Shown: in pieces, positions 38,613-41,959 of the stretch
How the letters are laid out: each line of letters starts with the position of its first letter
How positions within the stretch are numbered: the stretch's first letter is position 1
Source of the DNA: a virus
Lineage: Duplodnaviria > Heunggongvirae > Uroviricota > Caudoviricetes
Strand: one strand, 5' to 3'
IMG/VR virus record: IMGVR_UViG_2690316153_000014
Span: 1 to 41,959 of that record
DNA: 41,959 nt
Translations under genes and position numbers: made by a program
The notes under the pieces: generated by a model
The model's input: the letters and a program-made list of their open reading frames with translations, nothing else
What the model was told of the DNA's origin: nothing
The model's database searches: none

Positions 38613-39581
38613 ATGAAAACAGCAGATGCAGCGAAAGGCCGCTGGCCTGAAATATTAGAGCACTTCGGTCTGCCGCCGATAACCGGAAAAAATCACTTCA
38701 AGGGTGAATGCCCGGTATGCGGTGCACGTGGCAAGTTCCGAATTGACGACCGCGACGGTGCAGGAACGTGGATCTGTGTATGTGGTAGTGGCGATGGTAT
38801 GAAACTTGTCACCCTGACACAGGCGAAGCCATTTAACGAGATTTGTACCGAAATAGACCGCCTGATCGGTAATGATTACCAACGGGTTAAAATCCCGGTA
38901 ACCAGCAGCGCCACCAGCTTACGCAAACGGGTATTGAGCAAGTTTTCAAAACTGGAGGCACTGCGTGGTACATCCGGCGCAGCGTATCTTAATTCTCGTG
39001 GAATATTCAGTCTTCCTGCTGAGGCGATCCGGTTCAATGCCAGGCAGAGACACAACGGGAGTGTGTTCCAGTCTCTTTATTCACTTGCTACGGACGATAA
39101 AGGGGAGTTGTGCTATCTGCACCAGACTCTGCTTGATGGTGATAAAAAAGCAGATATCGGTAGCAGTGCAAAGCGCCTCAAATCCCTGCAGGAAGATAAC
39201 TATTTGGATCACGCTCGTTCTGTAGCTATCCGCATGTTTCCTGTCGCCAGCACTCTGGGTATCGCCGAAGGCATCGAAACAGCGCTGTCAGCGCACCAGA
39301 TTTATAACGTGAACACCTGGGCAACCATTAACAGCGGCTTTATGAAAAAGTTTCGCGTACCAGCTGGTGTTCTGCACCTGATTATTTTTGCCGACCGTGA
39401 CGAGAACAGCGCCACCGGGCTGGCTGCGGCTTGCGAATGTGCTCATGCCAATCTGATGGCAAAGAATGACCTGCAGCGCGTGAGCGTGTACTGGCCGGAT
39501 CACGATGATTTCAACAATATGCTCATGAACGGTGATCAGGTTCGAGAGCTGGTTTTCCATAAGAAAAAGGCGGTTGCGTAA
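38613..39581 (+). CDS. primase-type protein (zinc ribbon plus Toprim-like region)
   Basis: CPVCGARGKF...WICVCGSGDGM zinc-binding motif at the N-terminus and an acidic DRDE segment downstream; start is 2 nt after the helicase stop. Confidence 0.65.
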   Translation: MKTADAAKGRWPEILEHFGLPPITGKNHFKGECPVCGARGKFRIDDRDGAGTWICVCGSGDGMKLVTLTQAKPFNEICTEIDRLIGNDYQRVKIPVTSSATSLRKRVLSKFSKLEALRGTSGAAYLNSRGIFSLPAEAIRFNARQRHNGSVFQSLYSLATDDKGELCYLHQTLLDGDKKADIGSSAKRLKSLQEDNYLDHARSVAIRMFPVASTLGIAEGIETALSAHQIYNVNTWATINSGFMKKFRVPAGVLHLIIFADRDENSATGLAAACECAHANLMAKNDLQRVSVYWPDHDDFNNMLMNGDQVRELVFHKKKAVA

Positions 39582-40438
39582 TGCGTACTGATAATAACGA
39601 ACATAAAGCACTATTCACCATCCCGACGGCAGCGTACAGCTCCGCCCTCGCAAACATCAAGCCCCTGCCAGAGCAACGGAGAATCACCGGGCATAAGCAG
39701 ACTGATGCTTATCTTTGGGTGCTGGAGGTTATCCGTCTGAACGAACCCGCACATCTGGATGCTGCTGAGGCTGCGCTGGTGAAAATTAAAATTTCCCCAA
39801 AAGAGGCTCAGGAACGCTATTCGCGTTATCTGCTGGCGAATGGTTACGAACCTTTCCAGGTTGCGTTCGGCATCATCGGCATGGATAACCCTGCGCAGGT
39901 TATCAGGAACGCCCGGGAGAACATCAAAAAAGCGGCATCAGTCAGGGCTACGTTTGGTAGCTATGAAGCAGCGCTCGAAGATGTGGAAGCAGAGCGGGTC
40001 ATCAGGTCTTCCCAGAAATTTATCAACGATCATCTCTGGGGCTGGACTGCGGCAGAGAAAAAAGCCGGAAGCATTGGCGGCAGCCGCATGAACGAAATTG
40101 ATGAACAGCGTCGGGCATTTGTTGATGGATATCGCGATGTGCTGCCTGAGCCTTATACGCTGTCTGATGTTGTTCGCGAGTTCGTTTACTGGGACTGGCT
40201 CTACAGTGTTCGCCACACTGCAACTAAAGAACAGGGCGATGAGTTTGGTTACTCTGAGCATCACGAATCGGTATATGACCGGGAGCGCTACCTTGAAAAA
40301 TTGCTGGCAACCATCAAACCGGTGACACGCGCTGAAGCCGTGGAGGTGTGCCGCTGGTTTCTGGCAAGTGGTAAGGGTGAATGCATGGAAGACGACGGTG
40401 CAGCGGTCATTCTCAATCTGGTTGGTGAGTGCGAATAA
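39581..40438 (+). CDS. hypothetical protein (285 aa), replication/regulation region
   Basis: ATG overlaps the primase stop; its own stop overlaps the Q-like start (TAATG); no recognised motif. Confidence 0.45.
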   Translation: MRTDNNEHKALFTIPTAAYSSALANIKPLPEQRRITGHKQTDAYLWVLEVIRLNEPAHLDAAEAALVKIKISPKEAQERYSRYLLANGYEPFQVAFGIIGMDNPAQVIRNARENIKKAASVRATFGSYEAALEDVEAERVIRSSQKFINDHLWGWTAAEKKAGSIGGSRMNEIDEQRRAFVDGYRDVLPEPYTLSDVVREFVYWDWLYSVRHTATKEQGDEFGYSEHHESVYDRERYLEKLLATIKPVTRAEAVEVCRWFLASGKGECMEDDGAAVILNLVGECE

Positions 40439-40830
40439 TGCGTGATATTCAGATGGTTCTCGAACGCTGGGGGGCATGGGCGGCAAGTGGTAACGCCGGG
40501 GTGGACTATTCTCCGATAGCTGCTGGATTTAAAGGCCTTTTACCATCCACCGCTAAACCTCGCCCGGCCTGCAGCGATGATGACGGCCTTATCATCGAAA
40601 ACTGCCTTACGCGCCTGAAGAAGAAAAAACCGGACGAGTATTCGCTGCTGGTAGCTCATTATCTGCTGCGCATATCAAAAAGGCAGATTGCCAGAACAAG
40701 AAAGAAGAGCGAAAAGGCAATACGAATTGAGATGCAGATTGCTGAAGGATTTATTGACGGATGTCTGTCGATGCTGGGTGTAAGGCTGGAGATGGACGAC
40801 TGGCTGCCCAAAAAAGTAAAAAATGATTAG
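40438..40830 (+). CDS. phage late antiterminator Q (QuuD-like)
   Basis: N-terminus MRDIQMVLERWGAWAA... resembles DLP12 QuuD-type Q proteins from memory; sits where lambdoid phages place Q, before the late region. Confidence 0.65.
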   Translation: MRDIQMVLERWGAWAASGNAGVDYSPIAAGFKGLLPSTAKPRPACSDDDGLIIENCLTRLKKKKPDEYSLLVAHYLLRISKRQIARTRKKSEKAIRIEMQIAEGFIDGCLSMLGVRLEMDDWLPKKVKND

Positions 40831-41027
40831 CGCGGTCCGCAAAAAGTATGTCAGTATGTTAAGAGTGGTTACTACGCCACACAGCTTAAACCAGCCGCAA
40901 GCGGGTTTTTTTATGGCTGAAATCGGTCCAGTACAGTAAACGCGCTGGCGGCGGTGAATACCGGTCTTTCAGCTTGCTGGCTTTTTCGACAAGAGTTATT
41001 GGTGTGTCACGTTAACCGGAAAAAGAC

Positions 41028-41225
41028 ATGCTGAAACAGCAGGATATGACCGAAACCGCCAGAGTGGTGTTTAATGAATTAAGCGTCACCGAACCGGCGA
41101 TCGTCGGGGAGATTGCGCAGAATACTTACCTTTCACGCGAACGCTGCCAGTTAATACTGACCCAGCTGGTTATGGCGGGTCTGGCAGACTATCAGTTCGG
41201 TTGTTACAGACGCCTTCAGTCCTGA
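41028..41225 (+). CDS. hypothetical small protein (65 aa) downstream of Q
   Basis: ORF ends inside a terminator hairpin; weak Shine-Dalgarno. Confidence 0.3.
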   Translation: MLKQQDMTETARVVFNELSVTEPAIVGEIAQNTYLSRERCQLILTQLVMAGLADYQFGCYRRLQS

Positions 41226-41236
41226 AGGCTTTTTTA
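41212..41236 (+). terminator. intrinsic terminator
   Basis: Stem GCCTTCA/TGAAGGC (41212-41218 with 41223-41229), loop GTCC, followed by TTTTTTATTT. Confidence 0.5.
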
Positions 41237-41689
41237 TTTGTGGTAAATGGGCGGCTGGTGGGTGTGGTGGTTGTTGCTTTCCCGTTGCTGAAAAAGAAAG
41301 CATCAGGCGATTAGCAGGGTATCAGTTACCCGTTGAAATTTTTAAATACCTCACAATTCAGGCGGTTGACTGTTGTCTGGTTTGCGGGGAGTTTGTTAAA
41401 AGAAACTGGCATGGTGAATCCCCCTGTGCGGAGGGGCGATCAGCAACCAGGTATATGGGATAATCGCGGATTCAGGTGCTGATACTGAATTCACCGGGAG
41501 GCACCCGGCACCATGCTTTGCCACAAAAGTGTTGTTTCTGTTTTTCTCAAACTATCATCGTTATCCCTTTATTTCCGGCTGCGCATGGCGTGGCCTTTTT
41601 TTTACGACCAGCCACTGGCAGATGGCCATCCTGTAATTTGATTCCGGTTCCGGCTTTTTAACTCTGTTCCTGTACACGGGAGAAATTCG

Positions 41690-41959
41690 ATGTCGATTAA
41701 ACATTATGATGTTGTCAGGGCGGCGTCGCCGTCAGACCTTGCGGAAAAGCTGACACATAAACTGAAAGAGGGCTGGCAGCCGTTTGGTAGTCCGGTGGCC
41801 ATAACCCCTTATACCCTGATGCAGGCGATTGCAGCAGAAGGTGATGTGGTGGTCAGTGGTGCAACTGAGCCGGAGTGGTACTACGTCATCGTACTGGCCG
41901 GGCAGTCCAATGCCATGGCTTACGGTGAAGGGCTTCCGCTGCCGGATTCATACGATGCT
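41690..41959 (+). CDS. 5' part of a late-region gene, possibly a DUF1737/SGNH esterase (NanS-p-like) protein; continues beyond the window end
   Basis: ORF from ATG 41690 with GGGAG Shine-Dalgarno; reads MSIKHYDVVRAASPSDLAEK...VIVLAGQSNAMAYGEG, containing a GQSN motif typical of SGNH/sialate-O-acetylesterase proteins. Confidence 0.45.
   Translation, partial: MSIKHYDVVRAASPSDLAEKLTHKLKEGWQPFGSPVAITPYTLMQAIAAEGDVVVSGATEPEWYYVIVLAGQSNAMAYGEGLPLPDSYDA

Noticed and set aside
40831-41689. tRNA genes downstream of Q, as in some lambdoid (stx-type) prophages
   Set aside because: No GGTTCGAATCC-type T-loop with matching acceptor stems was found by eye; only terminator-like hairpins. A covariance-model scan would be needed to be certain.
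1-41959. CRISPR array or other long tandem repeat arrays
   Set aside because: No regularly spaced direct repeats with unique spacers were seen; the only repeats are IS3 ends, operator palindromes and short G-tract units.

Overview
This window reads as an Escherichia coli-type chromosome segment with three parts. (1) Positions 1-20295 are conserved core genes, all on the minus strand: the 5' end of gadB with its GAD box, the pqqL-yddB-yddA uptake cluster (yddB carries an in-frame TGA), ydeM-ydeN (sulfatase maturase and sulfatase), the EvgA-controlled acid-resistance genes ydeO, safA and ydeP with recognisable EvgA boxes, and an F9/Fim-type fimbrial cluster (ydeQ, ydeR, ydeS, a full-length usher) whose chaperone gene is cut off by IS3. 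(2) IS3 (20296-21553), with no matching target-site duplication, joins the core to an AT-rich island (21554-27100). The island carries a cytoplasmic histidine-kinase-like gene, a translationally coupled gene for a receiver-domain protein with a large unassigned C-terminal domain, a small membrane protein, and a P4-type integrase next to a 35-nt ssrA (tmRNA) 3'-end-like attachment repeat. I consider this kinase/receiver pair the best candidate for an undescribed system (possibly a phosphorelay-type defence or signalling module); the kinase gene may be 5'-truncated by IS3. (3) Positions 27100-41959 hold an unassigned two-gene cassette, then a lambdoid-type prophage: integrase, excisionase-like gene, early-left genes including a frameshifted beta-clamp (DnaN)-like gene and an SPFH lipoprotein, a CI/LexA-like repressor with operator palindromes, a Cro-like gene, an SF2 helicase plus zinc-ribbon/Toprim primase, a Q antiterminator and the start of a late gene. 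No rRNA, complete tRNA or CRISPR array was seen. All calls come from reading the sequence and ORF translations by eye against remembered protein families; no searches were run.
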